Positions 63,340-64,000 of a stretch of DNA of 64,000 nucleotides are shown piece by piece (position 1 is the stretch's first letter; each line of letters begins with the position of its first letter). The notes beneath the pieces were generated by a model that did not search any database, had not been told where the DNA came from, and saw only the letters and a program-made list of their open reading frames with translations. Both the position numbers and the translations under genes were made by a program. The stretch is taken from the NCBI GenBank assembly GCA_964655075.1, contig CAZZLD010000008.1, positions 380 through 64,379 on the forward strand, in the 5' to 3' direction. The DNA comes from an uncultured Candidatus Bathyarchaeia archaeon. Lineage in GTDB: Archaea > Thermoproteota > Bathyarchaeia > Bathyarchaeales > Bathyarchaeaceae.

Positions 63340-63960
63340 ATGTTAGACTGTGATCTCAAGATTGCCGAGAAAAGAGGGACTTTAAAAAAGTTAAGAGACA
63401 GCAGAACGGTTGGAGATATATTTCAAGCGTGGAAGCACACAAATCCCAACACTGATTGGCGAACATATTGGGATAGTCAGCTGAAAGCCTGTGTGGATCT
63501 CTACGAAAAATACGATTGGAAGCTATTGTGCATACTGCATGGCTCTAAGATGCCCGTTAAAGGCGTGAGATGGACTCAAAGAGACTTGACTTATGAGAAT
63601 GCATTGATTCTATTTCAGAAGAAAATGAACATAGCGGTAAACTTGAAGAAATCTCGTTTAATCGTCGCTGACTGTGATGACAGAGATATACCTGAAAATA
63701 TGAAGCCGTATTTCTACAAAACAATATCAGTTATCAGCCCTCATGGATACCACCTGTATTTTAACTACGACTTTGAGGTAGACGATGAAACACTGCATGA
63801 ACTATGCATGACATTCAACAAGCCGAACTTGTTCAGAGGAGGAAAGAATGCGCCTCAATATGTCCTAGTGCCGTTAAGCTGTGCAGATAAAAAATACTAT
63901 GAGTTCATCAACACTTCGAGCTTGATGGATTTCAGCGAGTTTATTGGTGAAATAAGATGA
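63340..63960 (+). CDS. bifunctional primase-polymerase (PrimPol, AEP superfamily) domain protein
   Basis: Motif I LIVADCDD (DxD), motif II SPHGYHLYF. Confidence 0.7.
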   Translation: MLDCDLKIAEKRGTLKKLRDSRTVGDIFQAWKHTNPNTDWRTYWDSQLKACVDLYEKYDWKLLCILHGSKMPVKGVRWTQRDLTYENALILFQKKMNIAVNLKKSRLIVADCDDRDIPENMKPYFYKTISVISPHGYHLYFNYDFEVDDETLHELCMTFNKPNLFRGGKNAPQYVLVPLSCADKKYYEFINTSSLMDFSEFIGEIR

Positions 63961-64000
63961 GAAGATATGAAGTGCTTACTGACAAGCCAGAACACTGCAT
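63957..64000 (+). CDS. start of next element gene (truncated by window end)
   Basis: ATGA overlap with the PrimPol stop. MRRYEVLTDKPEHC... Confidence 0.3.
   Translation, partial: MRRYEVLTDKPEHC

Larger units (their letters stand above)
57773..64000. mobile_element. A+T-richer genomic island: TIR-like defence-type cluster, mpg, hairpin locus and PrimPol replicon (right end beyond window)
   Basis: By eye the composition becomes markedly more A+T-rich right after rps3ae. Contains plasmid/virus-type replication genes. No integrase seen within the window. Confidence 0.5.

Noticed and set aside
1-64000. Search for tRNA/rRNA genes (as att sites) and CRISPR arrays
   Set aside because: I found no T-loop-like GTTCRANNC contexts with cloverleaf potential at the island borders (around 10.0-10.2, 32.0-32.1, 57.7 and 60.6-61.0 kb). 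I also found no regularly spaced direct repeats. A tRNAscan or CRISPR-finder run is still advisable.

Overview
This is an archaeal chromosome segment. Diagnostic genes are glycerol-1-phosphate dehydrogenase, the aCPSF1 beta-CASP RNase, proteasome beta subunit, ribosomal proteins eL37 and eS1, an Sm-like protein and an archaeal SepF. Two secreted proteins end in archaeosortase-type PEF/PEP-CTERM signals. The lineage cannot be assigned from sequence alone; it is possibly an uncultivated TACK/Asgard-like archaeon. Two housekeeping blocks (about 1.8-10.0 kb and 48.4-57.7 kb) are separated and flanked by mobile or accessory DNA. (1) 10.2-32.1 kb is a head-tail (HK97-type) provirus-like region. A leftward module carries protease, decoration, capsid, connector and tail-hub genes. 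A rightward module carries the portal, a candidate small terminase, the large terminase and an ABC-ATPase/GNAT fusion. Non-virion cargo sits between them (two wHTH regulators, GT2, methyltransferase, Hsp20). The neck module is frame-disrupted, no tail tube, tape measure or integrase was found, and a fragment of a second terminase gene lies at the right edge. (2) 32.1-48.4 kb is accessory DNA: a transglutaminase-like protease, HicBA, an RHH protein, PadR plus an ABC-2 exporter, flavodoxin, small Zn/YHS/Csp proteins and a solitary giant substrate-binding protein. It contains two extra direct copies of the 3' end of psmB, upstream of the intact psmB, which is a signature of stacked insertions into that gene end. 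(3) 57.8-64.0 kb is an A+T-richer island. It holds a compact cluster of two TIR-like (CAP12/Pycsar-effector-type) proteins, a nuclease-like protein and a divergent 4-TM protein with no cyclase or ThsA partner. This is my best candidate for an undescribed defence system. It is followed by an Mpg glycosylase, a triple GC-rich hairpin locus and a PrimPol-encoding element that runs off the window. One housekeeping-block gene looks like a ribophorin I/OST1 homologue. I recognised no rRNA, tRNA or CRISPR array. All domain calls come from motif recognition by eye on the supplied ORF translations plus hand translation of gaps. No database search was run.
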